Shown: positions 1-6,551 of the stretch, one piece after another
Position numbering within the stretch: position 1 is the first letter of the stretch
How the letters are laid out: every line of letters begins with the position of its first letter
Source: Nocardia terpenica
GTDB taxonomy: Bacteria; Actinomycetota; Actinomycetes; Mycobacteriales; Mycobacteriaceae
Assembly: GCF_013186535.1 (NCBI RefSeq)
Contig: NZ_JABMCZ010000001.1
Coordinates: 2,100,664-2,132,663 of the forward strand
Direction: 5' to 3'
Length of the DNA stretch: 32,000 nucleotides
Made by a program: the position numbers and the translations under genes
The notes under the pieces: model-generated
Database searches by the model: none
Told to the model about the DNA's origin: nothing
The model's input: the letters and a program-made list of their open reading frames with translations, nothing else

Positions 1-853
1 GATCGGCGACCAGCACCGCGGCCTCGTCGCGTGGGGCCTGGACCAGCACGCGGCCGTAGGGATCGCTGATGAACGACGATCCGTAGAAGTGCACGCCGCC
101 CTCATCGCCGAACCGGTTCGGCACCACCATGAAAGTGCCCGCGGTAATGCCGTTTCCGACGATGACGTGCTGCCACAGCGGTTGGGTGTCGAAGGCGGGG
201 AAGGACGGCTCCGAGCCGATCGCGGTGGGGTACACCAGGATTTCCGCGCCGCCCAGCGAATACATCCGGGAGACCTCCGGGAACCACTCGTCCCAGCAGG
301 TGGGCATGCCGATCGCGGCGCCGTCCAGGGCGGCGGGCCGGTAGATCGGGTAGGCGTCGTCGGCCGGGCCGGGCCGGAAGTAGGTGTCCTCGTAGTAGCC
401 GTCGCTGATCGGGATGTGCAGTTTCCGTGTGCGGCCGAGCAATTCGCCGTCCGGCGAGACGAGGATGGCGGTGTTGAAGCCCAGCCCGTCGGCGGCCTCG
501 GCGCGCTCGTACAGCGAGGCGTGCACCGCGACCCCGGTCTCCTTGGCGGCCTGCGTGGCGAAGGTGAAGGTGGGGCCGGTGCGCAGATCTTCCGCGCGCG
601 CACCGGGATTCGCCCCGGCCCGCACGTCGGCGGGATAGCGCGACAGCGTGAGTTCCGGCAGGAACACGGCTTTCGCGCCCAGGTCGGCGGCGCGGCGGAT
701 GCCCTCGGCGAGGGTGGCGCGCAGTTCGTCGGCGTCGGCGAGCCAGCGGTGCTGGACCAGGCCGACCCGCAGCGGGGCGCGCTGCGGCGGCTCGGCGCGG
801 GCGAACGAGGGGGGCGGGGTGAAGGCCGTCTCGACGACGAAGGATCGGGCCAT
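1..853 (-). CDS. Carbon-nitrogen hydrolase (nitrilase superfamily, N-carbamoyl-amide / N-carbamoylputrescine amidase-like); C-terminus cut by window edge
   Basis: Absent from the ORF track because it runs off the window. Hand translation of the minus strand from ATG (851-853) gives MARSFVVETAFTPPPSFARAEPPQRAPLRVGLVQHRWLADADELRATLAEGIRRAADLGAKAVFLPELTLSRYPAD...GRTRKLHIPISDGYYEDTYFRPG...GMPTCWDEWFPEVSRMYSLGGAEILVYPTAIGSEP. This shows the Glu / Lys / Cys(WD) triad context of CN hydrolases. AAGGAGG (865-871) lies 11 nt upstream of the ATG. Third codon positions are strongly G/C. Confidence 0.85.
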   Translation of the reverse strand, partial: MARSFVVETAFTPPPSFARAEPPQRAPLRVGLVQHRWLADADELRATLAEGIRRAADLGAKAVFLPELTLSRYPADVRAGANPGARAEDLRTGPTFTFATQAAKETGVAVHASLYERAEAADGLGFNTAILVSPDGELLGRTRKLHIPISDGYYEDTYFRPGPADDAYPIYRPAALDGAAIGMPTCWDEWFPEVSRMYSLGGAEILVYPTAIGSEPSFPAFDTQPLWQHVIVGNGITAGTFMVVPNRFGDEGGVHFYGSSFISDPYGRVLVQAPRDEAAVLVAD

Positions 854-880
854 GGTGCGGGGTACCTCCTTGTACAGACG

Positions 881-899
881 AACTGAAAACTCAGTCAGT
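881..899. promoter_or_regulatory. Operator-like motif AACTGAAAACTCAGTCAGT (core palindrome ACTGAAAACTCAGT), 27 nt upstream of the CN-hydrolase start
   Basis: 17 of 19 positions are identical to 2398-2416. Both copies sit directly upstream of minus-strand genes. The 14-bp core is an imperfect inverted repeat. Confidence 0.4.
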
Positions 900-906
900 A
901 ATGAAT

Positions 907-2397
907 TTACTCCGTCGGCGCCGTGAGCGCAGCGGTTTCCTCGTGGCGAGCCGCCGCCCGCCGGGGCGCGCCCGACAGCCGCAGCGCGATCGGGTAGATC
1001 ACGGCGGTGACCAGGGCCGAGCCGAGGGTGCTCACATCGATCCCCCCCGCGATGCCCGCGAGCGGGCCGGTGTAGAGCGTGGTGTCGACGGTGAGGATGC
1101 CGAAGATCGATCCGGCCGCCCAGGCCGCGGTCGCGGGCACGTTCCAGCCGCGGGTGAACCAGTAGCGTCCGCCCCGGCGGCCCTGTGCGAACGCTTGCAG
1201 ATCCACGGTGTCGAAGCCGTCGCCGCGCTGCCGCAGCACCCCGCCGACCAGCACCACGATCCACGGTGCGGCAACGGCATTGAGCACCACGGTCATCGCG
1301 GTCACGGCGTCGGCGGCGTTCACCACGAACACGCCGACATACAGCAGCACGATCGAGACGGTGGCGCTGATCGTCGTGGTCTGCACCCGGCGCAGGCGGG
1401 GGAGCAGGCCCTCCAGATCGAGGCCGCTGGCGTAGATGTTCATCACGCCCTGCCCGAGCCCGCCCGCCAGCGAGATGACCAGGATCGGCAGCAGGTACCA
1501 GGCGGGGGCGGCGGCGACCACGTCGTGCAGGAAAGATCCGGTGCGCGTGGTGAATCCGGTCGCGATGTACGCGCCGAGCAGCGCGGGCAGCTGGCCGACG
1601 AACAGGGCGATGCCGAAAGCCGCGACGATGGTGCGGCCGCGGTGGCGGCGCGCCGAGATGCGCCGGGAGTAGTCGCCGACGACCGGCGCGTACGACAGCG
1701 GGCCGCCGGCGGCCAGCACCGCCGACAGCATCCAGGTCTGCCAGTGCCCGCCCAGCCGGTAGGGGCCGAAAGTGGCGCTCGGAGCGAACCTTCCGGCGAA
1801 GGCGACCAGGCCCACCAGCATGAGCACGCCGACCACGGGAACCACGACCTGCTGCACCGCCACGATGGTCCCGTGCCCGAACAGGGCGACGGTCACCATC
1901 GCCGCGGCCACCAGCGCGTAGGCGAGCGCGCGCACCCCGTCGTTCTCCGGTGTCTCGAGCAGCCGGTGCGCGGCGGCGACCAGGGCGTCGCCGCTGGTCC
2001 ACACCGTGACCGCGCCGTAGGCGAGGGCGAAGGCCAAAGCCAGTGCGGAGCCGATGAACCGGCCGCGGATGCCGAACCAGGCCCCGCTGGCCACGGTCAT
2101 ATTGGTCCCGGTCCGCGGCCCGACGACCGCCAGCGGCGCCACCAGCACCGCCCCGGCCAGCGCCCCCACCACGATCGCCGAGGCGGCATCGGCGAAATCG
2201 AGTCCGAACGAGATTGCCAGCCAGCCGAATACGACCACGGTCCAGGTCAGATTGCCGCCGATGAAGACCGCCGCCAGATTACGGGGCCGGGAATCGCGCG
2301 CCTGCTCGGGAAGGAATTCCACACCGGCCTGCTCGATCTGCCCGACCCGATCGGCGTTCGGGTCCACGTACTCCGTCACAGCTGTGACCGTAACCAC
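907..2397 (-). CDS. NCS1 / purine-cytosine (hydantoin-allantoin type) permease
   Basis: ORF track 907..2523 (-). The body is multi-pass and hydrophobic, with the N-terminal signature IEQAGVEFLPEQARDSRPRNLAAVFIGGNLTW typical of cytosine/purine/allantoin permeases. The longest ORF would read through the operator-like motif and the hairpin repeat, so I trimmed the start to in-frame GTG 2397. Alternatives are GTG 2379 and GTG 2367 (GGAG 3 nt upstream). Start uncertain by about 30 nt. Confidence 0.85.
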   Translation of the reverse strand: MVTVTAVTEYVDPNADRVGQIEQAGVEFLPEQARDSRPRNLAAVFIGGNLTWTVVVFGWLAISFGLDFADAASAIVVGALAGAVLVAPLAVVGPRTGTNMTVASGAWFGIRGRFIGSALALAFALAYGAVTVWTSGDALVAAAHRLLETPENDGVRALAYALVAAAMVTVALFGHGTIVAVQQVVVPVVGVLMLVGLVAFAGRFAPSATFGPYRLGGHWQTWMLSAVLAAGGPLSYAPVVGDYSRRISARRHRGRTIVAAFGIALFVGQLPALLGAYIATGFTTRTGSFLHDVVAAAPAWYLLPILVISLAGGLGQGVMNIYASGLDLEGLLPRLRRVQTTTISATVSIVLLYVGVFVVNAADAVTAMTVVLNAVAAPWIVVLVGGVLRQRGDGFDTVDLQAFAQGRRGGRYWFTRGWNVPATAAWAAGSIFGILTVDTTLYTGPLAGIAGGIDVSTLGSALVTAVIYPIALRLSGAPRRAAARHEETAALTAPTE

Positions 2398-2416
2398 AAC
2401 TGAAAATTCAGTCAAT
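2398..2416. promoter_or_regulatory. Second copy of the operator-like motif AACTGAAAATTCAGTCAAT, upstream of the permease
   Basis: See 881-899. The core ACTGAAAATTCAGT (2399-2412) is a near-perfect palindrome. A separate perfect 14-bp palindrome GTCACAGCTGTGAC lies at 2375-2388. Confidence 0.4.
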
Positions 2417-2442
2417 GGTTGTTTCCGGCGTGCAATGCCTGT

Positions 2443-2465
2443 TCCCGGCATGCTTTTGGCCGGGA
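2443..2465 (-). repeat. Hairpin repeat head TCCCGGCATGCTTTTGGCCGGGA (7-bp GC stem, 9-nt loop), copy 1 of 5
   Basis: Direct reading. Stem TCCCGGC/GCCGGGA. A degenerate unit (ttccggcgtgcaatgcctgt) lies immediately to its left. It sits in the divergent intergenic region between the permease and the amidohydrolase. Confidence 0.8.
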
Positions 2466-2540
2466 TCGTCTCGAGTGGCGGTGTGAGTCGGGTCACGCTA
2501 AGTTGAAACGCGTTCTGTACCAACCCTTTGGGGGACCTGT

Positions 2541-2618
2541 ATGTGGATTATCGCGGTCATCTCCGTGATCAGTGCCGCCGTTATCGCCTACGGCTTCAAG
2601 ATCTCGTTTCCGGAGTAG
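2541..2618 (+). CDS. Tentative 25-aa hydrophobic small ORF (MWIIAVISVISAAVIAYGFKISFPE)
   Basis: Below the ORF-track size cutoff. ATG is preceded by GGGGGA 5 nt upstream. 21 of 25 codons end in G/C. The peptide has single-TM-helix-like composition. It lies 66 nt upstream of the amidohydrolase gene. Confidence 0.3.
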   Translation: MWIIAVISVISAAVIAYGFKISFPE

Positions 2619-2684
2619 GTGGGATGACGGTGACCGGGCCGACCTCGGTGGGGTGAGCCGCGCCAAGCGGGTGCGGACGCGAGG

Positions 2685-3797
2685 GTGATCTACAGTCGGA
2701 AGATGGCCTTCACTGCCGCAGATGCCGTTCGGACCGCGCTGACGAATGTGCGAATCTTCGACGGGCGCAAGCTTTCCGAACCGACCACCGTGGTGATCGA
2801 TGGGTCCGTGATCGCGACCGATGCCACCGGCGCGCGGCGGATCGACGCGGGTGGTGCGGTGTTGCTGCCGGGATTTATCGACTGTCATGTTCATGTGGCG
2901 GGGCCCGAGACGCCGGAATCGTTGGTGGCGCACGGGGTTACGACCGCGCTGGACATGGCGGCCTGGCCGCTGTCGATGCTGGCGGCGGTGCGTGCGGTGC
3001 GGGATTCGGCCACCGTGCGCAGTGCCGGGTTGCCGATCATCGGCCCGGGTGGTCCGCATGCCGGATTGTCCGGTCTCGCCGAACTGAGCGTGATCGGCGG
3101 GCCCGCGGAGGCGGAGCCCGCGGTGGCGGCGCGGGTGGCCGCGGGGTCGGACTACATCAAGCTCGTGCTGGAGGCTCCCGGCGACGGCGGGCCCGATCCC
3201 GAGACCGCGAAAGCCGTTGTGGCCGCGGCCCATGCGCGCGATCTGCTGGTGGTCGCGCATGCCACGACGGTCGGGGCCTATGCGCTGGGCCTCGACGTCG
3301 GCGTCGATGTGATCACGCACGTCCCGACCGATGCGGTCCTGCCGGACGCCGATAACGCCCGCATGGCCGCCGGGTCGCAGGTCGCCGTTCCCACCCTCAC
3401 GATGATGAAGGGCATCGGCGAGCTGACGGGTCGCGCCGAGGTGTTCGACGCCGCACTGGCCACTGTCGGCGCCCTGTACGCCGCGGGCATTCCCGTGCTG
3501 GCCGGAACCGATGCCAACCACACTCCCGGCATCCCGTATCAGCCTCCGTTCGGTGAGTCCATACACGGTGAGCTCGAGCTCCTGGTCGCCGCGGGTCTTC
3601 CGGCCGCGGCGGCCCTCGAGGCCGCGACGGCGCTCCCCGCCAGGCACTTCCGTCTCCCCGATCGCGGCGCCATCACCCCCGGCCACCGCGCCGATCTGAT
3701 CCTGCTCGACGGTGACCCGCTCGCCGATATCCGCGCGACCCGCACCATCACGCGAATCTGGTGCGGCGGAATCGAATACGCACCGGCGGGCGCATAG
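2685..3797 (+). CDS. Metal-dependent amidohydrolase superfamily protein
   Basis: ORF track 2685..3797. Contains the HxH motif in LLPGFIDCHVHV, later VLAGTDANH, and a C-terminal HRADLILLDGDPLADI segment typical of the family. Start is GTG 2685 or ATG 2703. Confidence 0.85.
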   Translation: MIYSRKMAFTAADAVRTALTNVRIFDGRKLSEPTTVVIDGSVIATDATGARRIDAGGAVLLPGFIDCHVHVAGPETPESLVAHGVTTALDMAAWPLSMLAAVRAVRDSATVRSAGLPIIGPGGPHAGLSGLAELSVIGGPAEAEPAVAARVAAGSDYIKLVLEAPGDGGPDPETAKAVVAAAHARDLLVVAHATTVGAYALGLDVGVDVITHVPTDAVLPDADNARMAAGSQVAVPTLTMMKGIGELTGRAEVFDAALATVGALYAAGIPVLAGTDANHTPGIPYQPPFGESIHGELELLVAAGLPAAAALEAATALPARHFRLPDRGAITPGHRADLILLDGDPLADIRATRTITRIWCGGIEYAPAGA

Positions 3798-3985
3798 GGC
3801 CGTGCTGACTGTTTGCCCGATGGGCATTGTGCGGGCTGGTGGTCGGTAGGACCCGTTTGCCGGTTGCGTCTGTTATGCGGCGGCGGCGGCGTAGCGGTAA
3901 AGGTCACATTCCGGTAACGGAAGGGTAGTGGGCGGCGACATGTGGCGCGACAACGCACAGCGCGGCTCACGAAAGGCATTGCTTC

Positions 3986-5062
3986 ATGCGATTATCGCGC
4001 CGTCGGCCGGGGTTCGGCCGGAACAGGACGTCGTTCGGGCGGGCCGTGCTCGCGCTGGTATTGGCCGTGCTGATGCCGGTCGGCGCGGCGGCGGTCGGCG
4101 GCGGGGCGACGGCGTCGGCGGCGTTCGACCCGGACGGTTTCGACTTCTGGGTGGATTCGAGCATGGGCCCGATCAAGTCGCGGGTGTTCCGCGCCGCGGA
4201 CGGCAATACCGATCGGGTGGTGTACGCGCTCGACGGCATGCGCGCCCGCCAGGATCTCAACGGCTGGGAGATCGAGACCGAGGTCGCCCGCGAGATGACC
4301 AAGTGGAACATCAACGTGGTCATGCCGGTCGGCGGTCAGTCCAGCTTCTACGCGGACTGGAACGCGCCGTCGAGCTTCGTCGGCATCGCGCCCGGTTCGG
4401 GGTCGTCGTCCGGGTCGTCGTCGGGCTCGTCCTCGGGTTCCGGTGGGATGCAGGTGTTCTCGGGCGGGCCGGGCAAGTCCTACGCCTACAGGTGGGAGAC
4501 CTTCCTGACCCAGGATCTGCGCACTGCGCTGCGGGATCGGCTGGGCTTCAACCCGAATCGCAACGGCGTGTTCGGCCTGTCGATGGGTGGCAGTGCGGCG
4601 CTGACGCTGTCGGCCTATCATCCGGATCAGTTCAGCTTCGCCGGTTCGTTCTCCGGCTACCTCAATATCTCCGCGCCCGGCATGCGCGAGGCCATCCGGG
4701 TGGCCATGATCGATGCCGGTGGCTACAACGTGGATTCGATGGCGCCGCCGTGGGGTCCGCAGTGGCTGCGGATGGACCCGTTCGTGTTCGCGCCGCGGCT
4801 GATCGCCAACAACACCCGGCTGTGGATCTCGGCCGCCAGCGGACGCCCCACCGCCACCGACGGACCGAATATCAACACCGTCTACGGCATGGGTCTCGAG
4901 GCGCTGGCGCTGGTGAACACCCGCGCCTTCCAGGTCCGGATGATGTCGCTGGGCGCGCGGAACGCCACCTACGACTTCCCGGCCTTCGGCGTGCACGCCT
5001 GGAACAACTGGCAGGACGAGGCATACCGCATGCTGCCGGACCTGTCGGCCAACATCGGCTGA
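3986..5062 (+). CDS. Secreted mycolyltransferase / esterase (antigen 85, FbpA-C family) with Ser/Gly-rich insertion
   Basis: ORF track 3986..5062. The signal peptide has an RRR motif. Family blocks are present: VVMPVGGQSSFYADW, YRWETFLTQDL, GLSMGGSAAL (GxSxG nucleophile), RLIANNTRLWI and FGVHAWNNW (His). Confidence 0.85.
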   Translation: MRLSRRRPGFGRNRTSFGRAVLALVLAVLMPVGAAAVGGGATASAAFDPDGFDFWVDSSMGPIKSRVFRAADGNTDRVVYALDGMRARQDLNGWEIETEVAREMTKWNINVVMPVGGQSSFYADWNAPSSFVGIAPGSGSSSGSSSGSSSGSGGMQVFSGGPGKSYAYRWETFLTQDLRTALRDRLGFNPNRNGVFGLSMGGSAALTLSAYHPDQFSFAGSFSGYLNISAPGMREAIRVAMIDAGGYNVDSMAPPWGPQWLRMDPFVFAPRLIANNTRLWISAASGRPTATDGPNINTVYGMGLEALALVNTRAFQVRMMSLGARNATYDFPAFGVHAWNNWQDEAYRMLPDLSANIG

Positions 5063-5064
5063 CG

Positions 5065-5181
5065 CCGACGTCCAGATTGTGGGCGGGCCGACGTCCAGAT
5101 TGTGGGCGGGCCGACGTCCAGATTGTGGACGGGCCGACGTCCAGATTGTGGACAGGCTGACGTCCATGATTGTGGACAGGC
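5065..5181. repeat. Tandem repeat, 5 units of 23 bp (CCGACGTCCAGATTGTGGGCGGG); the last unit is 24 bp
   Basis: Units start at 5065, 5088, 5111, 5134 and 5157. The array fills essentially the whole 122-bp spacer between the convergent stop codons at 5062 and 5185. Confidence 0.9.
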
Positions 5182-5184
5182 CGG

Positions 5185-6201
5185 TCAGTCGGCGACCTTG
5201 ATCACCAGTTTGCCGAGGTTGCGGCCGACGAGCAGGCCCCGGAACGCCTCGACGGCGTTGTCGAGACCGTCGACGACGTCCTCGAGGTATTTCATTCGCC
5301 CCTCGGCGATCCAGCCCGCGGTGTCGGCGAGGAAGGCCGGGTACTGCTCGGCGGCGAACTCGGTCTGGATGAAGCCGCGCACGGTCAGGCTGCGGCGCAA
5401 CACCATCGACATGAACAGGCCCAATCGGTCGGGGCCGGGCGGCAATTCGGTGTCGTTGTATCCGGCGATCAAGCCGCACACCGGGATTCGGGCGTACCGA
5501 TTGAGCCGCGGCAGCACGGCATCGAACACCGCGCCGCCGACGTTCTCGAAGTAGACGTCGATGCCGTCCGGCGTGGCGGCGGCCAGCTGCTCGGCGAAGT
5601 CGGGGGCGCGGTGGTCGACGGCGGCGTCGAAGCCGAAGTAATCGCGCAGCAGCGCAACCTTTTTCGGTCCGCCCGCGATGCCGACCGCCCGCGCGCCCCG
5701 GATCTTGGCGAGCTGGCCGACGGTCGCGCCCACCGGTCCGGTCGCGGCGGCCACGACGACGGTCTCGCCCGGTTGCGGCCGCCCGATGGTGAGCAGGCCG
5801 GAGTACGCGGTGAAGCCCGGCATGCCGAGCACGCCGAGGGCGGTGCGCGGCGGCGCGGCCGCGGGGTCGAGGCGGCGCAGAATGCGCACCGGCTCCACCG
5901 AATGTGTCTGCCAGCCACCGTATCCGAGCACGATATCGCCGGATCGCACGGTGTCGTCGGTGGTTTCGAGGACCCGGGAGACGGTGGCGCCGACCATGGG
6001 CTGCCCAATCCGCACCGGCGGGGCGTAGGACGGGGCGTCGCTCATCCGCCCGCGCATGTACGGGTCCAGCGACAGGTACAGCGTCTGGAGCAGGGCCTCG
6101 CCGGGTGCGAGGGCGGGCAGCTCGACGGTCTCGGTCCGGAAGTTCTCCGCCGTCGGCATGCCGGTCGGGCGGGAAGCCAGCACGATTCGGGTGCTCTGCA
6201 T
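5185..6201 (-). CDS. NADP-dependent MDR-family oxidoreductase (alkenal/enone reductase, YncB/CurA/PTGR1-like)
   Basis: ORF track 5185..6201 (-). N-terminus RIVLASRPTGMPTAENF, cofactor motif VVVAAATGPVGATVGQLAK, C-terminus NLGKLVIKV. Confidence 0.85.
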   Translation of the reverse strand: MQSTRIVLASRPTGMPTAENFRTETVELPALAPGEALLQTLYLSLDPYMRGRMSDAPSYAPPVRIGQPMVGATVSRVLETTDDTVRSGDIVLGYGGWQTHSVEPVRILRRLDPAAAPPRTALGVLGMPGFTAYSGLLTIGRPQPGETVVVAAATGPVGATVGQLAKIRGARAVGIAGGPKKVALLRDYFGFDAAVDHRAPDFAEQLAAATPDGIDVYFENVGGAVFDAVLPRLNRYARIPVCGLIAGYNDTELPPGPDRLGLFMSMVLRRSLTVRGFIQTEFAAEQYPAFLADTAGWIAEGRMKYLEDVVDGLDNAVEAFRGLLVGRNLGKLVIKVAD

Positions 6202-6287
6202 CGGTCGTCGGCCTTTCGGTCGGGGGCGTAGGGCAGTGTGCCACGTCGCGCGCCCCCGGCCCGGGATCCACCGGTCCGGCGGGCTGA

Positions 6288-6383
6288 TCAGTCGGTGGGG
6301 CCGATGACGAAGATCGAGGACCAGTAACCGGCCGTGTCGTTACCGAGTAGCGGCTGTAGCAGGGCGTACAGGATCGTGGACAT
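6288..6383 (-). CDS. Tentative 31-aa small ORF (MSTILYALLQPLLGNDTAGYWSSIFVIGPTD)
   Basis: Hand-translated and below the ORF-track cutoff. GAAGGGAG lies 7 nt upstream of the ATG. 28 of 31 codons end in G/C. It lies 45 nt downstream of the next small ORF, on the same strand as the GGDEF-EAL gene. Confidence 0.35.
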   Translation of the reverse strand: MSTILYALLQPLLGNDTAGYWSSIFVIGPTD

Positions 6384-6428
6384 GGTCGTGCTCCCTTCGG
6401 GTGGCGGCAAGACTCCGATCGCGACTAC

Positions 6429-6506
6429 TCACGATCGGAAGAACTGCTCCAGCAACCTTTCCCCGCCGTACAGCAGGAGAAACCACCCGTAGTAAATCTG
6501 CATCAT
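6429..6506 (-). CDS. Tentative 25-aa small ORF (MMQIYYGWFLLLYGGERLLEQFFRS)
   Basis: Hand-translated. GGGAGAG lies 8 nt upstream of the ATG. 21 of 25 codons end in G/C. It starts 45 nt downstream of the GGDEF-EAL stop codon. It shares I4, Y6, L12, G14 and an acidic residue at position 16 with the neighbouring small ORF. Confidence 0.35.
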   Translation of the reverse strand: MMQIYYGWFLLLYGGERLLEQFFRS

Positions 6507-6551
6507 CGCTGCATTCTCTCCCGGATGGTAACGATGTGCGACCGGACGGTT

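Noticed and set aside
3798-3985. Direct repeat CGGTAA…CGGTAA and possible small ORFs in the region upstream of the mycolyltransferase.
   Set aside because: The repeats are short and could arise by chance. There is no RBS or start context and no dyad symmetry, so the evidence is insufficient.
3992-6271. Very long ORFs in the track: 3992..6271 (-) 759 aa, 901..2403 (+), 6340..8664 (-), 6525..8684 (+), 17476..19902 (-), 21741..23882 (-), 24566..26191 (-), 28073..29491 (-), 28153..29676 (+), 10076..11866 (-), and others.
   Set aside because: These are shadow ORFs typical of roughly 70% GC DNA. Each overlaps a gene with clear family motifs in another frame or strand. Their translations are Arg/Gly/Pro/Ala-rich low-complexity sequence with no recognisable motifs.
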